64,000 nt of DNA, from NCBI GenBank assembly GCA_964016885.1, contig OZ024745.1, forward strand, positions 10,044,001 through 10,108,000. The letters are read 5' to 3'. Positions 1 to 12,555 of the stretch are shown piece after piece. The notes beneath the pieces are model-generated. The model saw only the letters and a list, made by a program, of their open reading frames with translations, had not been told where the DNA came from and made no database searches. Every line of letters starts with the position of its first letter. Within the stretch, counting starts at the first letter, position 1. The position numbers and the translations under genes are program-made. The DNA is from Eledone cirrhosa (lineage: Eukaryota).

Positions 1-26
1 GGTGACTAGATAACACTAGTGGTGAC

Positions 27-393
27 TGTAGCGGTTGTCTCCCTTGTTTTGATTAGGATCTAGACGGGAAGTGGAACCCTTTCTGCAATTTCCGGTCAGA
101 GCCCTATAAAACTAACAACTTTAAGCTTCCTCTCTCTCTTTGCCTTTTCGGCACCAGGTCGAAGAGCCTCTCATTTGGCTCTGCCATTAATTTGGCCAAC
201 AGGCGCCTGGCCTTAGCCAGGCGCCCTCTGCCAGCCGCGTTTGCCTGGCAATCAAAACGGTAACTACTAACTTTGTTTCATTCTAACATCTATCTTTGAC
301 ATGTCAAGTATTCTATCTACCGTTAATTAAATATTATATACACAAACCATGTCTCGTTTTGTTACATTCATACAATCCAGTAATCACGCTATA
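27..393 (+). repeat. 5' LTR
   Basis: Near-identical to 1770-2136. Contains TATAAAA (~105) and the hairpin GGCGCCTGGC-CTTA-GCCAGGCGCC (202-225). Confidence 0.92.
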
Positions 394-394
394 T

Positions 395-426
395 TGGTGA
401 CCCCGACGTGATACGAACACGCAGCC
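395..426 (+). promoter_or_regulatory. tRNA-Trp primer binding site (extended)
   Basis: TGGTGACCCCGACGTGAT is the classic tRNA-Trp PBS. Complementarity continues through CGAACACGCAGCC after one mismatch at 413. Confidence 0.9.
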
Positions 427-1769
427 GTTCATCGCTATAAGTGGTCACCCCCAAAAAAAGAAAAAAATAGCACATCTGGTTTTGTGAGTAACATTACGAA
501 TACACAGCAAATTTAGCGACAAACTATGAAAATACTCAAGGACACGCACACACGCACATGTGGAATTCGCACAGACATACTTTTTCTCTCACGCATCAAT
601 TAACTGTCGCATTTCACCAATATATATATATGTTTCTCGTTTCTTACAACGAACACTTTCAAAACAAAAAAAACATTTCACAATATATATATATGTTTCT
701 CGTTTCTTACAACGAACTCTTTCAAAACACAAAAAAAAAAAAAGAAATTTGATATTCTTTAAAAAACATTTCAACAGGAACATTTATTTTCGATGAACCA
801 TTGCCTTTTGTTCATCGTTTTCTTCATCGTTCAAGTTTTTTGTTTTTTTCCAAAGTTCACACCAATAATTATGCTGATTGAAGCCTTTCTTTTTCATCAT
901 TGTCACTTTCAAAATTGCACTATCATTTTCTCGCGCGTTAGAAATATTTTTTTTCAACCTTGTATTGGCACGTGTAGGCAGCATAAATTCTCGATTCACT
1001 GAGATGTCTCTACTCACAGACAGCCGCACGCCAGAGATAGCATTTCTCCCCCAAGGATTCTTCAGCCTTAAGCTATATTCTTCTATTTGCCGGTTTATAA
1101 ATTTACAATGTAAATTTACCGTTGATAACCGCGCATTTATTAAGAATGCTTATTTCTCTGGTCGCTGGCCTCTTGACCCTTCCAGGTCAACGCATTCTCA
1201 ACATCGACCATCAACTTCGGCTGCTATTTCTAGCACTTTGCGCAACTCATTTTTTTCTAAAAAAAAAATTTTTTTACTGCGAATTTAAACACCGAATACG
1301 CTCACTCAGCGAGACAACAGCAGCAGCAACAGCAATATAACAGCAACAGCAATACATCAACACAGCTTCACCAAAGCCAGAGAATTTATTTTTGCAGCAC
1401 TCTTCCTGTGAGAAAATCCATTCGGAGGTTGGAAATTTCACGACATACCACAGAACAGAAACCACCTGCATTCATTCTCTGGAACACACTTTCTTTCCTG
1501 CTGTCATGTGATTGCACACCTGTGAACTATATTTTGAACTTTGAGCTCTTCTATTACTTTTACTTTATTACATTGTATCTTTGGGTGATGGATGGATGGA
1601 TGGATGTCCAGTCGTTCTCTGGCCAAGAGTGGTTGGCTACCTTGATATCTATCATTGATTTTTCCAAACATTCTTTTGTCGTAATTTTCATGCCTGTTAC
1701 AACATTCTCGCCAACTTGCTACATATTTTCATTTCGATTTTTATACACTAAAATTCTGGCGGGAGGTTA

Positions 1770-2136
1770 TGTAGCGGTTGTCTCCCTTGTTTTGATTAGG
1801 ATCTAGACGGGAAGTGGAACCCTTTCTGCAACTTCCGGTCAGAGCCCTATAAAACTAACAACTTTAAGCTTCCTCTCTCTCTTTGCCTTTTCGGCACCAG
1901 GTCGAAGAGCCTCTCATTTGGCTCTGCCATTAATTTGGCCAACAGGCGCCTGGCCTTAGCCAGGCGCCCTCTGCCAGCCGCGTTTGCCTGGCAATCAAAA
2001 CGGTAACTACTAACTTTGTTTCATTCTAACATCTATCTTTGACATGTCAAGTATTCTATCTACCGTTAATTAAATATTATATACACAAACCATGTCTCGT
2101 TTTGTTACATTCATACAATCCAGTAATCTCGCTATA
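1770..2136 (+). repeat. 3' LTR
   Basis: Direct repeat of 27-393, preceded by a polypurine tract at ~1758-1766. Confidence 0.92.
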
Positions 2137-4647
2137 TGACTATATAACACTAGTGGTGACTAGATAACACTAGTGGTGACTAGATAACACTAGTGGTGAC
2201 TTGATAACACTAGTGGTGACTTGATAACACTAGTGGTGACTTGAGAACACTAGTGGTGACTTGAGAACACTAGTGGTGACTTGATAACACTAGTGGTGAC
2301 TAGATAACATTAGTGGTGACTAGATAACACTAGTGGTGACTTGATAACACTAGTGGTGACTTGATAACACTAGTGGTGACTAGATAACACTAGTGGTGAC
2401 TAGATAACACTAGTGGTGACTAGATAACACTAGTGGTGACTAGATAACACTAGTGGTGACTAGATAACATTAGTGGTGACTTGATAACACTAGTGGTGAG
2501 TAGATAACACTAGTGGTGACTTGATAACACTAGTGGTGACTTGATAACACTAGTGGTGACTTGATAACACTAGTGGTGAATAGATAACACTAGTGGTGAG
2601 TAGATAACATTAGTGGTGAGTAGATAACACTAGTGGTGACTTGATAACACTAGTGGTGACTAGATAACATTAGTGGTGAGTAGATAACACTAGTGGTGAG
2701 TAGATAACACTAGTGGTGACTTGATAACACTAGTGGTGACTAGATAACATTAGTGGTGAGTAGATAACACTAGTGGTGAGTAGATAACACTAGTGGTGAG
2801 TAGATAACACTAGTGGTGAGTAGATAACACTAGTGGTGACTTGATAACACTACTGGTGACTAGATAACACTAGTGGTGACTAAATAACACTAGTGGTGAC
2901 TAAATAACACTAGTGGTGACTAGATAACATTAGTGGTGAGTAGATAACACTAGTGGTGAGTAGATAACACTAGTGGTGAGTAGATAACACTAGTGGTGAC
3001 TTGATAACACTAGTGGTGACTAGATAACACTAGTGGTGACTTGATAACATTAGTGGTGAGTAGATAACACTAGTGGTGAGTAGATAACACTAGTGGTGAC
3101 TAGATAACACTAGTGGTGACTAGATAACACTAGTGGTGAGTAGATAACACTAGTGGTGAGTAGATAACACTAGTGGTGACTAGATAACACTAGTGGTGAG
3201 TAGATAACACTAGTGGTGAGTAGATAACACTAGTGGTGACTAGATAACACTAGTGGTGACTAGATAACACTAGTGGTGACTAGATAACACTAGTGGTGAC
3301 TAAATAACACTAGTGGTGACTAGATAACACTAGTGGTGAGTAGATAACATTAGTGGTGACTAGATAACACTAGTGGTGACTAGATAACACTAGTGGTAAC
3401 TAGATAACATTAGTGGTGAGTAGATAACACTAGTGGTGTCTTGATAACACTAGTGGTGACTAGATAACACTAGTGGTGACTAGATAACACTAGTGGTGAC
3501 TAGATAACACTAGTGGTGACTAGATAACACTAGTGATGACTAGATAACACTAGTGGTGAGTAGATAACACTAGTGGTGACTAGATAACACTAGTGGTGAC
3601 TAGATAACACTAGTGGTGATTAGATAACACTAGTGGTGACTAGATAACACTAGTGATGAGTAGATAACACTAGTGGTGACTAGATAACACTATTGGTGAC
3701 TAGATAACACTAGTGGTGACTCGATAACACTAGTGGTGACTCGATAACACTAGTGGTGACTAGATAACACTAGTGGTGACTAGATAACACTAGTGGTGAC
3801 TAGATAACACTAGTGGTGAGTAGATAACACTAGTGGTGACTAGATAACACTAGTGGTGACTTGATAACACTAGTGGTGACTAGATAACACTAGTGGTGAG
3901 TAGATAACACTAGTGGTGACTAGATAACACTAGTGGTGACTTGATAACACTAGTGGTGACTAGATAACACTAGTGGTGACTAGATAACACTAGTGGTGAC
4001 TAGATAACACTAGTGGTGAGTAGATAACACTAGTGGTGACTAGATAACACTAGTGGTGACTAGATAACACTAGTGGTGACTTGATAACACTAGTGGTGAC
4101 TAGATAACACTAGTGGTGACTTGATAACACTAGTGGTGACTTGATAACACTAGTGGTGAGTAGATAACACTAGTGGTGACTAGATAACACTAGTGGTGAG
4201 TAGATAACACTAGTGGTGAGTAGATAACACTAGTGGTGACTAGATAACACTAGTGGTGACTTGATAACACTAGTGGTGACTTGATAACACTAGTGGTGAC
4301 TAGATAACACTAGTGGTGACTAGATAACACTAGTGGTGAGTAGATAACACTAGTGGTGAGTAGATAACACTAGTGGTGACTAGATAACACTAGTGGTGAC
4401 TTGATAACACTAGTGGTGACTTGATAACACTAGTGGTGACTAGATAACACTAGTGGTGACTTGAGAACACTAGTGGTGACTAGATAACACTAGTGGTGAC
4501 TTGATAACACTAGTGGTGACTAGATAACACTAGTGGTGACTAGATAACACTAGTGGTGACTAGATAACACTAGTGGTGACTAGATAACACTAGTGGTGAC
4601 TTGAGAACACTAGTGGTGACTAGATAACACTAGTGGTGACTTGATAA
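2137..4647. repeat. 20-bp minisatellite (TAGATAACACTAGTGGTGAC)n, ~125 copies; also present at 1-26
   Basis: Tandem units directly visible. Confidence 0.98.
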
Positions 4648-4652
4648 CTTAC

Positions 4653-4757
4653 CAGTTCCTTCAGTTGAGATTCATATTCCATATTGCTATTGAGGGATTT
4701 CTTCATTTCAAGTTTCTCATTATCCAACTTTGACCCCCTCTTCTCGGCAAGAGACAA
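4653..4757 (-). CDS. CIT: Coding exon of citron kinase-like coiled-coil protein (LSLAEKRGSKLDNEKLEMKKSLNSNMEYESQLKEL)
   Basis: tttcag acceptor, gtaagt donor, 105 nt, phase 0-0. In frame with the upstream exon. Confidence 0.8.
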
Positions 4758-4780
4758 CTGAAACATAAATACACTATATA

Positions 4781-4886
4781 GACAGATGGACAGACGGAGG
4801 GACAGATGGAGGGATGGACGGACAGATGGACAGACGGAGGGATGGATGGACAGATGGAGGGATGGACAGACGAAGGGATGGACGGA
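4781..4886. repeat. GGAC/AGAT-type degenerate tetranucleotide microsatellite
   Basis: Repeats of gacagatggagggatg. Confidence 0.8.
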
Positions 4887-5280
4887 CACAAACCCTCAGA
4901 AGTAGATATATAGTTATGAAGTGTAGTTGTTTACTTGAAACATTGTGGAATATGAAAGTAAAAGTGGGTTTGTTTAGAAAGCCATACAATACAAGTGGGT
5001 TATAGAATTACCATGGTAACAAGTTGGAAGGGAATTGAGAGAGGTGCGGTAAGAGGGAGAAAGGAGGAGGAGGAGGAGAATAACTGAAAGTTACCATAGT
5101 AATTTATTAGGGACTAATAAATTACTAACGTAACATTCAGTCATTCTTTCTTTTATTTTATTTTATATTGCAGACTTTATATAGTGGGGTGGGGGCACCA
5201 TAGTATTTTAAGTACTTTAGTCTGAAAAGGACTTAATCTAACTGTCTAAATCTCAGAAAGTAAGAAATAAGAGACAGTAC

Positions 5281-5416
5281 TTGTTGAAAGCATTTGTTAA
5301 GTTTCTTCTTTGCTTCTTCAAGTTGATAACGCAATCCATTAATTTCATCGATGTAGTCAGATTTGTTGGTACTCAGCTTTTGAGACAATGAATTTAGAAT
5401 GTTGGTATCTGCATCT
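5281..5416 (-). CDS. CIT: Coding exon, CIT-like (DADTNILNSLSQKLSTNKSDYIDEINGLRYQLEEAKKKLNKCFQQ)
   Basis: ttttccag acceptor, gtactg donor, 136 nt, phase 2-0, open frame. Confidence 0.82.
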
Positions 5417-5507
5417 CTGGAAAAAAAAGTATTGACGAAGAAAATTGTGTTAAAACATATACAGAACAGAAATTTAAACTAAACACACACACATACATAT
5501 ATGGTGC

Positions 5508-7838
5508 ATCCAGTAATTACCTCCAATAATTACCTCCAGTAATTACCTCCAATTATTACATCCAGTAATTACGTCCAATTACCTCCAGTAATTACGTCCA
5601 ATAATTACCTCCAGTAATTACGTCCAATAATTACCTCCAGTAATTACGTCCAATCATAGCTGAATCAATGGCCGAGCTAGAGAAGAAATTCCAAACATGG
5701 AGGCACGGCCTAGAATCAAAAGGCCTTAAAATTAACCTGGCTAAGACCAAAGTTCTAGTTTGTAGAAAAGAAAATAAGGCGGCGGTCCCTTCCGGGAAGT
5801 GGCCATGCTCAGTGTGTAGGAAAGGCGTAGGTAGAAACTCCATTTTGTGTCAGAAATGCAAAGTATGGGTGCATAAAAGATGTAGTGGGATCACAGGTAA
5901 GCTAACTAAGAACATAGATTTCACATGTGGCCGGTGCTCTGGTGCAATAAGTAGCAGCAAGTGCCCACAAAATACTAGCTCTTTCAACTGCGCAGAGGGC
6001 TCTATAGAAATAGTGGACAGCTTCCGTTACCTGAGTGACAAAATCAGCAGTGGGGGAGGGTGCTCTGAAAGTACAGTAGCTAGAGTCAGAACTGGATGGA
6101 AAAAGTTCAGAGAGCTTATACCACTATTAGCCGCTAAAGGGTTCTCCCTAAAAATGAAAGGCAGGTTGTATGATGCCTGCATACGAACAGCAATGTTGCA
6201 TGGCAGTGAGACCTGGGCATTGAGTGCAGAGGATATACGCAGACTAGAGAGGAACGAAGCTTGCATGCTCCGCTGGATGTGTAATAGTAATATACGTGAA
6301 CGGCAAAGCATAAACGAACTAAGGAAAAAATTAGAAATAAGAGGGATCAGATGTTGTTTACTCGAGAGAAGGCTACGTTGGTATGGACACGTGATGCGCA
6401 TGAAAGTCGATAGCTGTATAACAAAGTGCAGGGCAATAAAGATAGACGGTAGCCAGGGAATAGGCAGACCTAGAAAAACCTGGGACGAGCTGATAAACTC
6501 CGACCTCACACACTTACACCTCTCCAAGACAATGTCACTGGACCGAGACCTTTGGCGGTACTCAGTAATAGAGAAGACCCGCCTTACCTAAATACATAGT
6601 AAAACCTACTACAGTCAGTAGGCATCTCTAACAAAATACACCCCCGTCCCACCCCATCCACACCGCCCCCTTCTATGTAAAGTTATGTTGGTGCCACACC
6701 ATCCAGGCCGAAACAAATGAGATCGTGTAGGTGTCACGACAAAAAAACACACAGTCCACGCTGTAATGTGGCCGTGTAGGCAACACGGTAAAAACCTCCC
6801 AGACCCACACTGTAAATGTGGTTGGTGTTAGGAAGGGCATCCAACTGTAGAAAACCTGCCAGACAGTCCTATGCGAGCAAGACAATCACTCTTGCCTCAA
6901 GTGGGACTACCCCCGTCCAAACCCATGCAAGCGTGGAACACGGACGTTAAACGTTGATGATGAATTACCTCCAATAATTACCTCCAGTAATTACGTCCAA
7001 TAATTACCTCCAGTAATTACCTCCAATAATTACATCCAGTAATTACGTCCAATAATTACCTCCAGTAATTACATCCAGTAATTACATCCAGTAATTACGT
7101 CCAATTACCTCCAGTAATTACGTCCAATAATTACATCCAATAATTACCTCCAGTAATTACATCCAGTAATTACGTCCAATTACCTCCAGTAATTACGTCC
7201 AATTATTACATCCAGTAATTACCTCCAATAATTACCTCCAGTAATTACGTCCAGTAATTACCTCCAATAATTACCTCCAGTAATTACGTCCAATTATTAC
7301 ATCCAGTAATTACCTCCAATAATTACCTCCAGTAATTACGTCCAATTACCTCCAGCAATTATGTCCAATAATTACCTCCAGTAATTACCTCCAATAATTA
7401 CCTCCAGTAATTACGTCCAATTATTACATCCAGTAATTACCTCCAATAATTACCTCCAGTAATTACGTCCAGTAATTACCTCCAATAATTACCTCCAGTA
7501 ATTACGTCCAATTATTACATCCAGTAATTACCTCCAATAATTACCTCCAGTAATTACGTCCAATTACCTCCAGCAATTATGTCCAATAATTACCTCCAGT
7601 AATTACCTCCAATAATTACATCCAGTAATTACGTCCAATTACCTCCAGTAATTACGTCCAATAATTACGTCCAGTAATTACCTCCAGTAATTACCTCCAG
7701 TAATTACGTCCAATAATTACCTCCAGTAATTACGTCCAATAATTACGTCCAGTAATTACCTCCAGTAATTACCTCCAGTAATTACCTCCAGTAATTACCT
7801 CCAGTAATTACGTCCAGTAATTACCTCCAGTAATTATG
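5508..7838. repeat. ~13-bp minisatellite (CCAGTAATTACCT and variants) interrupted by an RTE at ~5655-6963
   Basis: The same units occur on both sides of the insertion. Confidence 0.93.
5655..6963 (+). mobile_element. 5'-truncated RTE-clade LINE, family B (RT C-terminal ORF 5668-6591 plus ~370-bp 3' tail)
   Basis: GLKINLAKTKV and FRYL RT motifs, CxxC/PHD-like insert, RRLRWYGHV...GRPRKTW, (GAT)n tail. Confidence 0.92.
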
Positions 7839-7972
7839 TCTCAAAGGTTTCACAGAAAAACTCACAGAAAATAAACATTTTCTGCTTTCTCTTCAATAAT
7901 GTTATTACCAGTAATACACTGGATTAATTGCTGGCCTTGTGCCAAAAGTAGAAACAATTGTCATTTTTTTAC

Positions 7973-8056
7973 CTTGCTATCATCTCAGACTCCAGAAGCT
8001 TATCTGCATTCTGTACATCTCGGTCTTTTAATTTTAGAGTTTCTTCATAACTATTT
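7973..8056 (-). CDS. CIT: Coding exon, CIT-like (NSYEETLKLKDRDVQNADKLLESEMIAR)
   Basis: cattttag acceptor, gtaaaa donor, 84 nt, phase 2-2. Confidence 0.82.
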
Positions 8057-8825
8057 CTAAAATGTAGAACAAAATATTTACTGAGGTGAATTGAATAAAA
8101 TGGCCTTCAGTTATTTCTTACAGGGGGGGGGGGGGGGGGGGGGGCAGAAGAGAGAGAGAAGAATAACGGGGAGAAAAGTGTGTTAGAGAGAGTGAGTGAG
8201 AGAGAGTGATAGAGGGTAAGTGAGAGTGGGAGATATATATTAAAAAGTAAAAGAATAAAGAAGATAAAATATGCAACACTGGCTAAAATATCAATGAAGA
8301 GAAGGACAAGTTTCTCAACAGTTCCAAAGTCAATAAACATCTCCCTCTGATATTTACCAAGATCCCGCACCTCATTTGCTTACCAAGTGAGGTGGAACTT
8401 GTCTAATTGAACCAAGCTTGCTGTTAGGAAAGGAATCCAGTTGTAGAAATCATCCCCAAAATTGGAATATCTGAGTAAGATGAGGAACTTTGACCATACT
8501 AGGAAGACAGTAACTCTGAATAAGGACCGACTTGGACAGTAACTTGTCAAACCCATTCCAGTATGGAAACTGAACATAAAATAATGAGGACGAGGAAGAA
8601 AAATATTCATGGACATTACAATATTGCAGTTTCATAAAAGAGTTTTTAAGGTCAAGAGCAGTTGCTCTTAACCTGTTTATATCACAGCACCCCTTGAGAT
8701 TTTAAAATTAAATCCCACACCCCTAGACCTACCACATAAGACAAAACAACTTGAGTTTTCAGGTCAAATTATCAGCTAATTAGCTGCTACTATTTAATTA
8801 ATTAACTACTATCTTTTTATTCTTC

Positions 8826-9200
8826 TTCACTCACTTATTCCTGAGAGTGCCATGGGAGCAGAGTCCTCAAACACTCCCTCCAGCAGGTCCAATTGATCCA
8901 GCTGGACCTCTAAGCTAGACCAGCAAAACTCATAGATGTTATCCAACCATCTTGCTCTGGATCTACTCCTGGGTCTCTTGCCGGTTGGTTTTGCCCATAA
9001 AATCTGTCCAGTGATTCTTTCCTGAGACATTTTAACCACATGTTCATAGTATCAGAGCTGTGATCTCTCCGGAGAAGTAGCGGCTCTACCTGGAGTGACT
9101 CTCTGATCCCAGAGGTTTGTACTCTATCAAGTAATGTTACTCCAAAGACCCTTCGGGGGAACCCCATTTCGGCCACTTATATTTGCGATCGTATTCTACC
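8826..9200 (-). mobile_element. Degenerate RTE LINE 3' fragment (third family)
   Basis: AEMGFPRRVFGVTLLDRV...IRESLQVEPLL and KPTGKRPRSRSRARWLD, with a frameshift. Confidence 0.75.
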
Positions 9201-9368
9201 ATGAATAATAAATACAAAGTTTCTGAAAATATCCAATCAAAACACTGAATGTTGAAAAGTAAACCAAAATAAAAGTTGTTTTTCTGCCCCAGGTTAAGAA
9301 CCATTGCTGTAGGGGAAGATTATCAAGAACTATACAGATTTACAATTTATATAAACAAGTAATAATAC

Positions 9369-9478
9369 CTGATTGTACTCCACTCAGATTCTTTCTGTTC
9401 ATATTGTTTAATAATACCTTCGTAGTCAATGACTTGTAGTTCCAGTTCTTTACACACAGATTTCAGGTTATCGGCAGC
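9369..9478 (-). CDS. CIT: Coding exon, CIT-like (AADNLKSVCKELELQVIDYEGIIKQYEQKESEWSTIR)
   Basis: tttctag acceptor, gtatta donor, 110 nt, phase 0-2. The pattern LKxxCxxLExQVxDxE...KExxWxxxR matches the citron kinase coiled coil as I recall it (ALKTTCTMLEEQVMDLE...EKERQWEAWR). Confidence 0.85.
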
Positions 9479-9539
9479 CTAGAAACAACAGCTAATATAT
9501 AATCATCATTGCGACCACAGTCAAACATAACAGGTAATA

Positions 9540-9720
9540 CAAGGCCAGTAAGATTAGAGGCAGGAGCAAAGTCAATTTAAATCAACCCCAGTGTGTTACT
9601 GGTACCTTTAATAGACCCTGGAACGATGAAAGACAAAGTTGACTTCAGCAGGATTTGAACTAAGAATATAAAGGACCGTAACTACAAATCATTTTCTCTG
9701 ACGCTCCGTGTCCACACTAC
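9540..9720 (-). mobile_element. tRNA-derived SINE (family 1)
   Basis: Reverse B-box ggatttgaact plus the body motif gaccc..gaa.gatgaaag.caaagttgac shared by many copies. Confidence 0.7.
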
Positions 9721-9888
9721 CAGTAAAACTAAATAAGTTAACACTTCATAGATCACCAAACAGTGGTGGTGTTTTGGAGGAGGGAGGGAGGTATTGAGAT
9801 TTTACTTAAGTTGCTAAAGGGTCAAATGCTGGTGTTAAACCAGGGCAACAGATTAAGTCTAGCACCCAGACAACAGCATCATCTCAAT

Positions 9889-10777
9889 TCATCATCATTA
9901 CGTCCGCTTTTCCCTGCTTGCAAGGGTGGGACAGGTCCTCTTCAGCACAGCATCTCTCTATTCGTCACAGTCCTTCGTCATCTCCTCTGTGAACTTCAGC
10001 GATCTGAAGTCAGCTTTCACCACCCCCTCTCATGTTTTTCGTGGTCTTCCTTCCACCGGGATTTCTTGGCACTTCTTTACTCAGCGGTCATCCTCCATGT
10101 GCATCACATGTCCATACCAACGTAGTCTTCTCTCTGGCACACTACAGCTTATCCCTCTTAGACACAGTTTCTCTCTCAACTCATCTATGCTTGGTCGTTC
10201 ACGTACATTGACATTGCACATCCAACGGAGCATGCTTGCTTCATTTCTCTCTAGCCGTCGCATATCCTCTGCAGTTGCTGCTCATGTCTCACTACCATGC
10301 AGCATCGCGCATCTCACACAGGCATATTATAACCAGCCTTTCGTTAGTAGGGAGAAACCCTTCTTTGTCAACAGAAGAAGCAGCTCCCTAAACTTCTTCT
10401 AACCCGTCCTTATTCTAGACACTATGGCCTTAGAGCACCCTCCTCCCATGCTAATCTGATCACCTAGGTATCGGAAGCTATCAACCACTTCTGTATATCC
10501 TACCTGCATTGGAAAAATGTGTCTATCACTGCCACTTCTATCAAATTTCCCTGAACATCTACTGCATATGTAGTTTTCCCTACCTGTTAGTTTGCCTGCT
10601 ATCCCACTACATCTCCCGTGTACGCAAAATCTGCATTGTGTGCATTTTATAGAATTTATGCCAACTCCTTTTCTACATATCGAACATGGCTATTTCCCTG
10701 ATGGAATCAGAGTTTTGCCCTCTTTTCTACTTATCAACACTTTGGTCTTTGCTAGGTTCACTCTCAGTCCTCTCTCT
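9889..10777 (-). mobile_element. Truncated RTE LINE, family A-like, with stop codons
   Basis: Homologous to the 3' part of the 31286-33967 ORF; (CAT)n tail at 9889. Confidence 0.9.
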
Positions 10778-10915
10778 ACTGATTGCCAGGTTACCCATCT
10801 GTTGTTACATGTGTCTATCCTCCGTTACTATTTCAAGCTCTCCAACATTGTCCATTCTGATATCTCTCAGCAAGTTATCAATGTAATTTATTTTCCTTTC
10901 TACCTCTTGTTAATG

Positions 10916-12401
10916 GTTCCCACAGAACAAGACCATTGCTAACCCCTCATGGTGTCACACTGACCTGTAAGTCTGATAGTTCCCACAGAACAAGACCATT
11001 GCTAACCCCTCATGGTGTCACACTGACCTGTAAGTCTGATAGTTCCCACAGAACAAGACCATTGCTAACCCCTCATGGTGACACACTGACCTGTAAGTCT
11101 GATAGTTCCCACAGAACAAGACCATTGCTAACCCCTCATGGTGACACACTGACCTGTAAGTCTGATAGTTCCCACAGAACAAGACCATTGCTAACCCCTC
11201 ATGGTGACACACTGACCTGTAAGTCTGATAGTTCCCACAGAACAAGACCATTGCTAACCCCTCATGGTGAGACACTGACCTGTAAGTCTGATAGTTCCCA
11301 CAGAACAAGACCATTGTTAACCCCTCATGGTGACACACTGACCTGTAAGTCAGATAGTTCCCACAGAACAAGACCATTGTTAACCCCTCATGGTGACACA
11401 CTGACCTGTAAGTCTGATAGTTCCCACAGAACAAGACCATTGCTAACCCCTCATGGTGACACACTGACCTGTAAGTCTGATAGTTCCCACAGAACAAGAC
11501 CATTGTTAACCCCTCATGGTGACACACTGACCTGTAAGTCTGATAGTTCCCACAGAACAAGACCATTGCTAACCCCTCATGGTGACACACTGACCTGTAA
11601 GTCTGATAGTTCCCACAGAACAAGACCATTGCTAACCCCTCATGGTGACACACTGACCTGTAAGTCTGATAGTTCCCACAGAACAAGACCATTGTTAACC
11701 CCTCATGGTGACACACTGACCTGTAAGTCTGATAGTTCCCACAGAACAAGACCATTGCTAACCCCTCATGGTGACACACTGACCTGTAAGTCTGATAGTT
11801 CCCACAGAACAAGACCATTGCTATCCCTCATGGTGACACACTGACCTGTAAGTCTGATAGTTCCCACAGAACAAGACCATTGTTAACCCCTCATGGTGAC
11901 ACACTGACCTGTAAGTCTGATAGTTCCCACAGAACAAGACCATTGCTAACCCCTCATGGTGACACACTGACCTGTAAGTCTGATAGTTCCCACAGAACAA
12001 GGCCATTGCTAACCCCTCATGGTGACACACTGACCTGTAAGTCTGATAGTTCCCACAGAACAAGACCATTGCTAACCCCTCATGGTGACACACTGACCTG
12101 TAAGTCTGATAGTTCCCACAGAACAAGACCATTGCTAACCCCTCATGGTGACACACTGACCTGTAAGTCTGATAGTTCCCACAGAACAAGACCATTGCTA
12201 ACCCCTCATGGTGACACACTGACCTGTAAGTCTGATAGTTCCCACAGAACAAGACCATTGCTAACCCCTCATGGTGACACACTGTCCTGTAAGTCTGATA
12301 GTTCCCACAGAACAAGACCATTGCTAACCCCTCATGGTGACACACTGACCTGTAAGTCTGATAGTTCCCACAGAACAAGACCATTGCTATCCCTCATGGT
12401 G
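10916..12401. repeat. 63-bp minisatellite, ~23 copies
   Basis: Unit TTCCCACAGAACAAGACCATTGCTAACCCCTCATGGTGACACACTGACCTGTAAGTCTGATAG. Confidence 0.97.
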
Positions 12402-12555
12402 AGAAACACAGCACTGCTACTAAATTTTATTGACTTCAAAAGGGTTGTAAAGTAAAGCTGTTGTCTTGTCATGATAGATAACAACTAAACCAAGTGAAAT
12501 AGGGATGAGAGGGGAAATGAGAAGAGAAGAAACAACATCAATGGGGAGTACTAAC

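Larger units (their letters stand above)
27..2136 (+). mobile_element. Non-autonomous LTR retrotransposon (TRIM/LARD-like, Ty3/Gypsy-type features) inserted in a 20-bp minisatellite
   Basis: 367-bp direct repeats at 27-393 and 1770-2136 (two differences seen by eye). Termini TGTAGCG...CGCTATA, 4-bp TSD TGAC (23-26 and 2137-2140). PBS follows the 5' LTR and a purine tract GGCGGGAGG precedes the 3' LTR. No gag/pol ORF inside. Confidence 0.92.

Noticed and set aside
395-426. tRNA-Trp gene
   Set aside because: Only the 3' ~32 nt are present, antisense, including CCA and directly after an LTR. This is a PBS, not a gene.
784-1806. ORFs inside the LTR element as gag/pol
   Set aside because: No zinc knuckle, protease, RT or integrase motifs.
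8122-8144. Poly-G run (and poly-C at ~20084-20103) as a functional G-quadruplex
   Set aside because: A homopolymer with no other support, and its length is unreliable.
10936-12455. 302, 266, 191 and 187-aa repeat ORFs
   Set aside because: The 63-bp minisatellite is open on both strands; there is no other coding evidence.
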